Shown here: positions 46,630-55,303 of the stretch, piece by piece | Layout: every line of letters starts with the position of its first letter | Numbering within the stretch: the first letter of the stretch is position 1 | Assembly (NCBI GenBank): GCA_949285905.1 | Contig: CASDZV010000063.1 | Coordinates: 5,050-69,049, forward strand | DNA: 64,000 nucleotides | Direction: 5' to 3' | From: an uncultured Spirochaetales bacterium | GTDB lineage: Bacteria; Spirochaetota; Spirochaetia; Sphaerochaetales; Sphaerochaetaceae | Made by a program: the position numbers and the translations under genes | Notes under the pieces: generated by a model | What the model saw: only the letters and a program-made list of their open reading frames with translations | The model's database searches: none | Told to the model about the DNA's origin: nothing

Positions 46630-47776
46630 GTCAGCCTTTCCCTTTTTCAGAAACAATAATCTGATTTACTTTGACAATGCCGCAATGACACAGCTGCCAG
46701 AAGTTGTGATTGACCGTCTCACTGATTTCTACAAGTCAGAGAATGCTAATATAGGGCGGGGGAGCTATCCGCTTGCAAATGCGCTTCATGATGAATATGA
46801 GAAGACGAGATGCAAAGTCGCTTCTTTCATTGGAGCCGCAAGTGGAGATGAAATCATATTCACACCAGGTTGCTCATATTCCATTAATCTCCTTGCAAAC
46901 AGCTTCGTCTGTAGTTTTGTCAGGAGAAGGCCCGGGAAGATCATCATAGGAAACCTAGAGCATAATTCGAATTATCTTGTCTGGAAGAAACTGAGCGAAG
47001 AGACGGGGACGGATGTTGAGTTCTTTGACTACGGAGAGCTTCCTGATGGAGACATCTCTTTTGCGGCAATTACAGCATCTTCAAATGTCGTCAGTTCCGA
47101 CTTCAATCTGGAACACATGATAAGTGAAATTCACAAAAGAGGAGGCCTGGTTCTTGTAGATGCAGCACAGCTTGCAGGACACAGAGAAATAGATGTCTCT
47201 TCTCTTGACTGTGACTTCCTCGCATTTTCCGCACACAAGATGTATTCAGTTGCGGGGTGCGGAGTGCTTTATGCGAAAGAGAATTATATGCATATGTTTG
47301 AGCCTTATCTTCTTGGAGGTGGCGTAGTGGATGGGACAGCTTTCAAAGAAGCACCTTATTCCATGGAGGTGGGAACACCGAACGCTGCATCTGTCATCGT
47401 TCTCTCATCTGCAATAGATTTCCTTGCTTCAGCAGGCTTTGATGCAATAGAGAAAGAGGAAGCAGAACTGAAGAGAACTCTTCTTGCTGGATTGCATAAG
47501 CTTGATGATATTGTCATACTCGGTCGCCCAGGGCATTCTCCGATAGTCTCCATGTGTTTCAATCATGCAAACTGCACAGATGTGGCTACTCTCCTTGCAG
47601 ATAGTGGCTGTGCAGTTAGAAGTGGCAATCAATGTTCTATTCTTGCTATGAAAACTCTTGGCATTGATGAGTGCTTACGGGTTTCGCTCTCGTTTTACAA
47701 CACCACAGATGAAGTCGAGGCTTTCGTTCAACGCCTTGGTAAAATACTGGCTTTTCTGAGAGGTTGCGATGCTTGA
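46622..47776 (+). CDS. class V aminotransferase, cysteine desulfurase (SufS/CsdA-like)
   Basis: The ATG at 46622 follows GGAG. FDNAAMTQLP, the PLP lysine FSAHKMY and the catalytic cysteine VRSGNQCS are present. Confidence 0.8.
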   Translation: MFRSAFPFFRNNNLIYFDNAAMTQLPEVVIDRLTDFYKSENANIGRGSYPLANALHDEYEKTRCKVASFIGAASGDEIIFTPGCSYSINLLANSFVCSFVRRRPGKIIIGNLEHNSNYLVWKKLSEETGTDVEFFDYGELPDGDISFAAITASSNVVSSDFNLEHMISEIHKRGGLVLVDAAQLAGHREIDVSSLDCDFLAFSAHKMYSVAGCGVLYAKENYMHMFEPYLLGGGVVDGTAFKEAPYSMEVGTPNAASVIVLSSAIDFLASAGFDAIEKEEAELKRTLLAGLHKLDDIVILGRPGHSPIVSMCFNHANCTDVATLLADSGCAVRSGNQCSILAMKTLGIDECLRVSLSFYNTTDEVEAFVQRLGKILAFLRGCDA

Positions 47777-48158
47777 TGAAATACTGGAAGAGCTTGATAT
47801 GCTTTCAGATGATTTTGACCGTTACAGTTATCTTGCAATCAAAGCAAAAGAGTTCTCCGAGCCTGAGGGGCTGAGAAGAGAGGAGAACAGGATTCCAGCC
47901 TGTACATCACCATTCTGGGTAAGGATAGATGAAAAGGATAACAGGATTTATCCATACTGTTCCTCAGACTCTGTGTTCATGCATGGTGTGGGAAATATCA
48001 TATGCTCTCTCTTCTTTGGAATGGATAAGAGCGAGATTCATGGTGTGGAGCGCAGTGTGCTGAATACTGTTCTGGAAAAGACAAATACGGATTCTGTCAG
48101 AGCAAGAGGAATCAAGCAGCTTTTTGATTCAATAATGGCAAGAGCGGAAAAACAATAA
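47769..48158 (+). CDS. SufE/CsdE-like sulfur acceptor
   Basis: 129 aa. IPACTSPFWV is equivalent to the SufE active-site Cys loop. It overlaps the desulfurase stop. Confidence 0.65.
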   Translation: MLDEILEELDMLSDDFDRYSYLAIKAKEFSEPEGLRREENRIPACTSPFWVRIDEKDNRIYPYCSSDSVFMHGVGNIICSLFFGMDKSEIHGVERSVLNTVLEKTNTDSVRARGIKQLFDSIMARAEKQ

Positions 48159-48227
48159 ACACGATTAGCAAAAAAAGATGCCAGTGCCTCTGATACATTC
48201 AAAGCATATATAAAGGAGAACCTCATT

Positions 48228-49679
48228 ATGAAGAAAGCAATGGATGTCAGGATTAATATCAAGCCTGTATATAGTAATCTGGTACACTCTGCAATCTGGG
48301 AAGGTCCATGCAGAGTAGGAGCTGTGGAAGAGCTTGATCCGCGATATGAAGTCAGGGCAGGTCTGGAGAAGATGAAGGTCTGGTACAATGAGCTGAAGGC
48401 GCATATCTCTCCATCTCTGGCAACTGTGCTTGAACCGGAGTATATCCAGTTTGATGAGAGTTTTGTCGTTAAGGACAGTGAACTCGAAAAGCTTCAGAAA
48501 AATCTGGATCAGGTTGATCTCTTTCTGATTACTTACAGAATCCCTGGAATAGAGAGACTTGGCAAGCCGATAGCGATGGTCGACAGAGGCCCGACTTCAG
48601 TTGACCTCATTGGCTTCTACATCTCAGAGGGCATAGAGGCATATATGGCTCATGAATGGGATGAATTCAATGAGCTCATAAATGCGCTTTATGTGAAAAA
48701 AGCTATGCATAATACGAAAATACTCATAATGACAGCCTCTAATGAGTTTTCCGCTGGTGTCAATACGAGCATTCCGTACAAGTATGGGCTCTTTACGAAA
48801 TATGGAATCAGACATACTGCAATTCCGATGGTAAAAGTCTTTGATGAGATGTCAGGTGTCGATGAATCTGAATGCGAAAAGCTTGCCGCAGCTATTCATG
48901 ATAATGCAGAAGAGGCGCGTATTGATGTCGGGTATATCACAAATGATGTCAGATACTATGAAGCGATTAAGGTCCTCATGGACAGATTTGATTGCAACGC
49001 ATTCACTACAGCTTGCAAGGAGCTCTGTGCATCCCGCTTTCCTATGAAACATAAATGTACTCCATGTCTTTGTCACACACTTCTCAAGGATCAGGGCTTC
49101 CCGGCATCCTGTGAGGAGGACCTTAACGCACTCATGGCTGTGATGGTCTTCATGTATGCTACAAAACGTTCTGTTTTCATGGGCAATCCTTTCCTTGTTC
49201 TCAAAGGATCAAGTCCTTTAAGGGATGAAGGGGTGAGTCGGGTAGTGTTTGGACCTGATGATGGCTTTGATAGGGAAGTGCTTGAGGTTCAGCATTCCGT
49301 GCCATCAAGATTCCTCAACGGATTTGACAGCTCTCCTATGCCATATGAGCTTGGCAGTTTCACGCACGCAGGCTGGGGGACGAAATATCAGATCAATATG
49401 GCAGAAGGCGAGACAAGAACAGTCACACTTGGAAGATTCGGCAGAACCGGCAAGAAGATGATTCTCGCTAAGGGGACTATCGTTGGCTGTTCATACACCG
49501 ACGATGCATGTTCTCCTGCTGTTTATTATGACATCTGTGGCGGAGCAAGAGAATTCAGGTTCGCACTTGCAAAAGGTGGGTATGGGCATCATTTGGCGGT
49601 TGTCTATGGTGATCAGATTGATCTCATGAGGAAAATCGGCTGGGTTGTAGGTTTCGATACTGAAGTATTCGGTGTCTGA
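48228..49679 (+). CDS. AraA/FucI-superfamily sugar isomerase-like protein
   Basis: 483 aa. SCEEDLNALMAVM, EVQHSVP and GGYGHHLAVVYGD are spaced like the E/E/H/H metal and catalytic residues of L-arabinose and L-fucose isomerases. The specific activity is unknown. Confidence 0.5.
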   Translation: MKKAMDVRINIKPVYSNLVHSAIWEGPCRVGAVEELDPRYEVRAGLEKMKVWYNELKAHISPSLATVLEPEYIQFDESFVVKDSELEKLQKNLDQVDLFLITYRIPGIERLGKPIAMVDRGPTSVDLIGFYISEGIEAYMAHEWDEFNELINALYVKKAMHNTKILIMTASNEFSAGVNTSIPYKYGLFTKYGIRHTAIPMVKVFDEMSGVDESECEKLAAAIHDNAEEARIDVGYITNDVRYYEAIKVLMDRFDCNAFTTACKELCASRFPMKHKCTPCLCHTLLKDQGFPASCEEDLNALMAVMVFMYATKRSVFMGNPFLVLKGSSPLRDEGVSRVVFGPDDGFDREVLEVQHSVPSRFLNGFDSSPMPYELGSFTHAGWGTKYQINMAEGETRTVTLGRFGRTGKKMILAKGTIVGCSYTDDACSPAVYYDICGGAREFRFALAKGGYGHHLAVVYGDQIDLMRKIGWVVGFDTEVFGV

Positions 49680-49979
49680 TTGTATACCTTTGATTGTAGG
49701 ATTTCAGCCCTGTTGTGTTTCTGAAAGAACAGAAATAACAGGGCTGTTGGGCAATAAAAACACCTGGGAAAGTCATTAATCCTAATATGATATGTGAACC
49801 ACAATAAATCGTGTATATACGCATTGTCGTTGCAATGATGATATCGAAAGACAAGCTTTCTCCCGTTGATATCTTATTTATCCCCCCTAAAGCCATACTT
49901 GAAAGCACTAATATGGCAACTTTTGCCTTGACCTCGTTACTTTGCAGGTGGTACCTTATTGGAAGTATTGGGAGATCAT

Positions 49980-50570
49980 ATGAAAAGAAAGATATTATCT
50001 GTCCTTTGTGTAGCATTTATCGTACTTTGCTTTGTTTCTTGTAAGCCGGATGCAACTGGCAAAGACATGCTTGAGCAGACAGGTTGGCTCAAGGTTCTTA
50101 TTTCCGATTTCAATCTTGGCGGTATGATTGCCGATGCGGCAGATGATGACTCCGCAAACCTGGATGTTGAGATATCAAAGGATAGTGATTCCGATGTTTA
50201 TTATGCGACTATTTCGCTCAATCACTATGGTGTTAACAAGAACTCGATGATTAGGAGTGGTGAGATATATCTCACAATGCTGGCCCCTGGTAACAGTGTT
50301 CAGTCTATGACAGTAAGTTCTGATTCAATGATCGTAGATCTTGAAGATGACGCAGGGAAGACATATACCCTTAAAAACCTGAGTGTGAGTACGATGGGTG
50401 ATACTACTGAGGATGTTGTTAATGTAACGGGACTTACAATAGAAATTGTAAAGAATGCTGATGGTGACTCTGAGTATCAGTTTAAAATCGGAGAAGGATA
50501 TACTGTCACTATCCAGGATTTGTTCTTCAGAACAAGTCTCGCTTCTGCAAAGTACAGCATGTATAACTAA
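49980..50570 (+). CDS. lipoprotein, function unknown
   Basis: GGGAGA RBS, then the ATG at 49980. MKRKILSVLCVAFIVLCFVSC carries the lipobox. Confidence 0.6.
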   Translation: MKRKILSVLCVAFIVLCFVSCKPDATGKDMLEQTGWLKVLISDFNLGGMIADAADDDSANLDVEISKDSDSDVYYATISLNHYGVNKNSMIRSGEIYLTMLAPGNSVQSMTVSSDSMIVDLEDDAGKTYTLKNLSVSTMGDTTEDVVNVTGLTIEIVKNADGDSEYQFKIGEGYTVTIQDLFFRTSLASAKYSMYN

Positions 50571-50593
50571 ACTCTATTCATCAGATTATATAA

Positions 50594-50624
50594 AAGGCGG
50601 CAGCAATCAGTTGCCGTCTTTTTT
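50594..50624 (+). terminator. rho-independent terminator
   Basis: aaggcggca / tgccgtctt stem followed by T6. Confidence 0.7.
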
Positions 50625-50742
50625 ATGAGACTTTGTCCTGAGTTTCAACACTAAGGACATGAATATACAGCGGCACAAAGGTCGCTAGTATCAAACTGGA
50701 CAGCAGGAAATCATCCGCGGAGATGGCCTGCTGCTTCTTTTT

Positions 50743-51990
50743 CTAAGCAAGAGCAGGTGCTGCTTCTATGTTGACGGTCACACCAAGATTCTGCAGTTTC
50801 TTGATGTACATGTTTATCTTGCTTTCGGTATTGAACTTGTTATAGTAATCCTCTCCGAGATCCTTGAATGGGACATGGTCTCTTACGATGTAGTAGATTG
50901 CGATGAGCAATGAATGTGCAACTGCTATCTTCGCCCTGTTCTTTCCTCTTCGTATCATCAGCCTTGAGTACTGGGCGGCAAAGAAGGAACCCTTCGCTCT
51001 TGAAGCGCCCTGTGCGCACAGTACGAGCGTTGTCCGCAACAGGGAGTTGCCTCTGCGTGTCTTCCCGCTTCTCCTTTTTCCTGCGCTTTCATTATTTCCA
51101 GGGCATACTCCAGCCCATGACGCGAGATGAGAGGCTGTCGGGAATCTGGACATGTCGGTGCCGATGACAGAGAGGATTGTCTTCGCAGAGCTCTCGCCGA
51201 CGCCAGGGATCTCCATCAGCATCCCGACAAGCTCCTGCTGGTCTGGAGAGAGATTGTCATCTATGACGGAATCTATCTCATCAATCTGCTTGTTAAGGTA
51301 TACGATGTGCTCAAGGCATATACTGATCATCTTCCTCTGTACAGGGGTGAGCACTCCATTCAGATCATCTGCCAGCTCTTCAGGGGTTGCTTTGAGGCGG
51401 GAGGAGATGAGGCCGTCTGCAATCATTCTCCGGATGTCATCAGCTGTGATGGCTTCTCCATTGATGATGCAGGAGAGTAGATGCAGCCCGGACTTGCCGA
51501 TGATTGAGGATATTGTTCCTGAGATCTTTATGTTCCCGCCCTCAAGCATCTTCTGTATCCTGTTCTGCTCGCTCGCCGTATCCGCTGTGAGGCTCTTGCG
51601 GTAGGTCAGAAGCTCCCTCAGCTCCCGTTGCGGCTTCGATGGTATGTAACTCGCCCTCAGCAGCCCGTGCCTCAGAAGATCCGCAATCCATTCGGCATCA
51701 AGCGTGTCTGTCTTTCTCCCCGGCAGCGTCTTGATGTGCTGCGCATTGACAACCATGGCCGGTATATCCTGCGCCTCCAGTATGTTGTATAGTGGCTTCC
51801 AGTATGAGGCGGTGCTTTCCATCGCAACCATCTCGCAGCCGCTTTCCTTCAGCCATGATGAAAGCTCTATCAGTTCCCTTATCGATGCTCCGAATTCCCT
51901 CGTCTCCTTCCTGCGTCCGCGCATCAGGCAGCAGACAAGTATCTTCTTGTGCACATCCACGCCACAGCATACGGAATACATCACTTCCAT
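50743..51990 (-). CDS. IS110-family DEDD transposase/recombinase
   Basis: AAGGAGG RBS, then the ATG at 51990. The motifs CGVDVHKK, VAMESTASYWKPLY and the C-terminal Transposase_20-like IPGVGESSAKTILSVIG...LASWAGVCPGNNESAGK are present. Confidence 0.9.
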   Translation of the reverse strand: MEVMYSVCCGVDVHKKILVCCLMRGRRKETREFGASIRELIELSSWLKESGCEMVAMESTASYWKPLYNILEAQDIPAMVVNAQHIKTLPGRKTDTLDAEWIADLLRHGLLRASYIPSKPQRELRELLTYRKSLTADTASEQNRIQKMLEGGNIKISGTISSIIGKSGLHLLSCIINGEAITADDIRRMIADGLISSRLKATPEELADDLNGVLTPVQRKMISICLEHIVYLNKQIDEIDSVIDDNLSPDQQELVGMLMEIPGVGESSAKTILSVIGTDMSRFPTASHLASWAGVCPGNNESAGKRRSGKTRRGNSLLRTTLVLCAQGASRAKGSFFAAQYSRLMIRRGKNRAKIAVAHSLLIAIYYIVRDHVPFKDLGEDYYNKFNTESKINMYIKKLQNLGVTVNIEAAPALA

Positions 51991-52190
51991 ACAGGCCTCC
52001 TTGGTTGGATTACGGCAGACCTCCCTTTGCTTGCTCAATTTTTTATACGTCCTCTTTGTTTTGTCTCTTGACCATACTTGTCCATTTGCCTGAAACTCTA
52101 TTCTTATTAAGGAGATAAGCAAATGTTTAAATTCAGACCAGTTGTTCTGCTTCTTCTGTCAGTGTTGCTTCTTGCTGCCTGTGATGTCTT
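51991..52190 (-). ncRNA. candidate bridge-RNA region in the 5' non-coding end of the IS110 element
   Basis: About 200 nt of untranslated leader lies between an extended -10 promoter (TGTATAAT, 52200-52193, minus strand) and the recombinase ATG. The prediction is by analogy with IS110/IS621 only. Confidence 0.3.
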
Positions 52191-52192
52191 TC

Positions 52193-52200
52193 ATTATACA
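52193..52200 (-). promoter_or_regulatory. extended -10 element (TGnTATAAT) reading toward the IS110 recombinase gene
   Basis: Plus strand attataca is TGTATAAT on the minus strand. There is no convincing -35. Confidence 0.35.
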
Positions 52201-52306
52201 GCTCTTCCTTCTGCGAACATTTCTCCAGCTGTTAAATATGTAGCAACTGCAGACTGATCATTAACTAGTATAGCGATGCCCACCGGATGATGAGCATCAA
52301 AGGTTG

Positions 52307-52852
52307 TTAGACTTCGTTCTGTTTTGTGTAAGCAATGTTGATGTTCTTCTCATCGTTGCCATAGAGATCATAATAACGATGGAATACATCTGCGATACTT
52401 ACCTCTGCTGCATAGCAGTACAGTTCTAGCAGATGAAGCGTTATTGTCTTTGCCTTGCTTCTGAAATCTGAGCCTACCCGGGCAGTTTCCCAGCCAAGAC
52501 GCTTGCTCATTGTAGCTCTGCATGTGTCAGAACCTGTCTTCTCATGCATCAGGTTCTGTACAACACGTAACAGCAGTCTTCTGTCGTGGACAATCGGCTT
52601 GAAGTTTTCAGATGGCTCTAATGCAAGAAGTCCTTCAGGCCCTTCTGTTTCCATCACTGTCAGTGCCTCGAATACATTGAACCCCAGTGGATAGACAATA
52701 TCTTCAAGCATATTGAGACCCACACCCCAGTAGTCAAATCCAACTGTTGATACATATCCGTATGAGAACTTCGGATATTTCTCCATCCTCTCATAGCAGA
52801 GCAAGAAATAGAGCAACGCTTTTCTTGTGAAAATTGTAGTAAATTTAGTCAT
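52307..52852 (-). CDS. hypothetical protein
   Basis: 181 aa ORF with no signal peptide and no recognisable motif. Confidence 0.45.
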   Translation of the reverse strand: MTKFTTIFTRKALLYFLLCYERMEKYPKFSYGYVSTVGFDYWGVGLNMLEDIVYPLGFNVFEALTVMETEGPEGLLALEPSENFKPIVHDRRLLLRVVQNLMHEKTGSDTCRATMSKRLGWETARVGSDFRSKAKTITLHLLELYCYAAEVSIADVFHRYYDLYGNDEKNINIAYTKQNEV

Positions 52853-53071
52853 CTCCCTCTCCTTACAATGATGCTCCGCCGCTTTTCCAGATAAATCAAT
52901 GATTTAAATGTCGAATATTGAAAACTATTTATAGTGAATTATTCCAGATTGTGTGATATGCGTGCGATGGCACTTTTGTGTGAATTAGTCAATGAGAAGA
53001 CTCTATTTTGTCCTTCTTTTGTGAATACGGGTAATTTTATTGCAGTCAAAGAGCTTGTATCTGTTATCATT

Positions 53072-54325
53072 ATGGTGATGAATGGAAAAAAGAGAATAGC
53101 AATAGTAGCTGTAGCTCTCATTGCTGCAGCCGTCGTCGGATTAGCCGCATTACGAGTCGCTGGTGTGTGGGGGACTAAGCCTGCTGTCTCTGTTTCTGAC
53201 GCCGAGATGGTCCCAGCAGAGCCAACTTCTGCTTCTGCTGTTAGTGTTCCTGTTGATATTTCTTCTGAGATGCCAGAAGAACCTCCGGCCGTTGAGATAA
53301 CAGAAGAAGCATATGAAACTGTAGCTACCGCTGCTGAAGAAGCAGAACCAGCTATTATGGAAATACCTTCCACGGCTTTGCCTGTTGTGGTCTCTCTTGA
53401 CGGCCTCGTTGCTGAGGTCGGGAATGAGAGTGCTGTCATATCTTATCCTGCTGATATCTCCGATGAGGATATTCAGTCAATCATCGCAGCTTCTGATGAT
53501 AAATATGGCCTCTCGGAAGCAGGTGTTACTTACGTGGTTGAAGAGCCTGGTGTGATGAGAGTTCATTATGGTGGTATGAGTGAAGAAGAGGCTGCAGCGT
53601 GGATTGGTGTGCTTTATGATGAGGCTTTAGCTGTTCTTTCCGAGCCTGTGCCCGTGGAAGATAGTGATTCTGTAGAAGAAGAGACTGTCGCTCAGTCCCA
53701 TCTCTACGTTCCACCAACGCCGGTTGTTTCTGACTCTGTTCCATCTTCTCCTGTGCTTTCTTCACCAGTAGTCACTATTGTAGAAGAACCTGTCGTCACT
53801 GTTATTGGGAAAGAGGAGGCTGGACCTGAGGTCCGCATTATTGTCGGTTCCGGTGTCTCTGCTTCCGATATCGCAGATCCGTCCCTGAATATCGCACTTG
53901 GGTTTGAGGTCGGTGATATCATCACACTCGGAGATTCTGTCTCAATCGGACTCAGGACAGATGCAGCCCTGGATTTAACGATGCCGCAGCTTATTATGGG
54001 CAATACAATGGGCATCCCATATTTCTATGGCACTCAGAGCATAACACTCTCGCTGGATATGAAGCTGATGTTTGATTTCGATATCGGCATCGGTGACATA
54101 TATCTTGGAACAGGTGCCGGTATAGTTTTCGGTACTGCCACAGGCCAGAATGCTGTGCTTTCAGGATATGCTCTGTCATTTGACTGGTATGCAGTAGCTC
54201 TTGCCGGTATCCGCTTCGATATTCTCCCCAATCTTTCGATTGGAACAGAGCTTGAATATAAATTCTTGGTAAATGAGGCAAGGCATGTATTCGGAGCGCG
54301 CTTAGTGCTCACTGTAAGATTCTAG
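53072..54325 (+). CDS. membrane-anchored protein with Pro/Glu/Val-rich linker and C-terminal beta-barrel-like domain
   Basis: The ATG at 53072 gives MVMNGKKRIAIVAVALIAAAVVGLAAL. A low-complexity PEEPPAVEITEE / VPSSPVLSSPVV region follows. The C-terminal end has alternating strands ending in ...RLVLTVRF (terminal Phe, as in many OMPs). Confidence 0.6.
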   Translation: MVMNGKKRIAIVAVALIAAAVVGLAALRVAGVWGTKPAVSVSDAEMVPAEPTSASAVSVPVDISSEMPEEPPAVEITEEAYETVATAAEEAEPAIMEIPSTALPVVVSLDGLVAEVGNESAVISYPADISDEDIQSIIAASDDKYGLSEAGVTYVVEEPGVMRVHYGGMSEEEAAAWIGVLYDEALAVLSEPVPVEDSDSVEEETVAQSHLYVPPTPVVSDSVPSSPVLSSPVVTIVEEPVVTVIGKEEAGPEVRIIVGSGVSASDIADPSLNIALGFEVGDIITLGDSVSIGLRTDAALDLTMPQLIMGNTMGIPYFYGTQSITLSLDMKLMFDFDIGIGDIYLGTGAGIVFGTATGQNAVLSGYALSFDWYAVALAGIRFDILPNLSIGTELEYKFLVNEARHVFGARLVLTVRF

Positions 54326-54694
54326 AAGTTCTTTCGCTTTTTCCTTGTCTTTCTGTACCTGATTGCGTACTTCCTTTAAGCTTTCCATCCTGCGTATGGG
54401 GCGGAGGAAGTACATGACAGTGAGCGTCATTGTCTCTCCATAGATATCTTTGTCAAAAGACTCAATATTCGTCTCAATTGTTGCTCTTGAGTCATTGTCG
54501 ACAGTAGGGCGTCGCCCGATGTTTGTAACGCCGATGAATGTGCCGTCCTTGAGATGGACGACAGAGGCATAGACGCCTTCAGGCGGAATCTCTGAGCCCC
54601 TCTGAGGTCTGAGATTAGCTGTGGGCATTCCCACAGTGCGTCCCAGACCTTTGCCGTGTATGACAGTACCTGTAATGACTGCGATAGGAAGCAT
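54302..54694 (-). CDS. monofunctional riboflavin kinase domain protein
   Basis: 130 aa. GTVIHGKGLGRTVGMPTANL and DIYGETMTLTVMYFLRP match the C-terminal kinase half of RibF. No FAD-synthetase half is present. Confidence 0.75.
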   Translation of the reverse strand: MLPIAVITGTVIHGKGLGRTVGMPTANLRPQRGSEIPPEGVYASVVHLKDGTFIGVTNIGRRPTVDNDSRATIETNIESFDKDIYGETMTLTVMYFLRPIRRMESLKEVRNQVQKDKEKAKELLESYSEH

Positions 54695-55095
54695 CAGAAT
54701 GTCACAGTCTCATCTGAAGCTGTGAATGAAGAGAAGACAGCAGTCGCATTCTCCAGAGCAAAGACTTCAGTGTTACCATCGTCCTCATCATACATTCTCC
54801 TTAGCTCTGGATAGGCATCGAGCATGCTCTTCCTTGCTTCTCTCCTGTCATCTTCTACAGCTTCTGCTGCAACTCTCAGCCATGTGCCATCGGCGAATGC
54901 GCAGATTTCAAGTTTCGGATTGCTGTGAAGCTGCATTGATACAGACTTCTTCTTGCCAGTCTGTATATATAGTTTCCCTTCAAACTCATTGATTGTTCCG
55001 AATGGTCTCACCCTCGGCTGTCCGTTATCGTCAGTCGCCAGATAATAAGTACCGGCTTTCTTGAGAAACGCAACAACATCTTCTTTTGTCTTCAT
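54694..55095 (-). CDS. pyridoxamine 5'-phosphate oxidase-family FMN-binding protein
   Basis: 133 aa with a split-barrel pattern (YYLATDDNGQPRVRPFG...LYIQTGKKKSV). ATGA-type overlap with the riboflavin kinase gene. Confidence 0.6.
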   Translation of the reverse strand: MKTKEDVVAFLKKAGTYYLATDDNGQPRVRPFGTINEFEGKLYIQTGKKKSVSMQLHSNPKLEICAFADGTWLRVAAEAVEDDRREARKSMLDAYPELRRMYDEDDGNTEVFALENATAVFSSFTASDETVTF

Positions 55096-55303
55096 ATTTG
55101 CCTCCAGTCATAATAATAAGCTGAAACAAAGAAATCGTTAAACTCTGACTGAAATATGATTATTAGAGCAGGTTCTGACCCCAAGATTGCATTAATCTGC
55201 TGAATTTTGATGAAGTTTTTTCCTTTTACGAATGTGAGTTCTTCACAAAATCTTAACCTCTGCTATACTGTGAGCACAATATATTACCAATAAGGAGACA
55301 CAC

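Larger units (their letters stand above)
50640..52200 (-). mobile_element. IS110-family insertion sequence (ends not determined)
   Basis: A single DEDD-type transposase gene with long non-coding flanks. The family has no terminal inverted repeats, so the boundaries cannot be read directly. Confidence 0.7.

Noticed and set aside
52123-52257. 45-codon plus-strand ORF with AAGGAGA RBS and lipoprotein-like signal (MFKFRPVVLLLLSVLLLAAC...)
   Set aside because: It lies inside the probable 5' non-coding end of the IS110 element and is antisense to the candidate bridge-RNA region. It is too short to judge. It could be a gene remnant, so it is left unannotated.
52939-53439. 166 aa minus-strand ORF antisense to the Pro/Glu-rich linker region
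   Set aside because: It is a low-complexity mirror of the plus-strand repeat-rich coding sequence.
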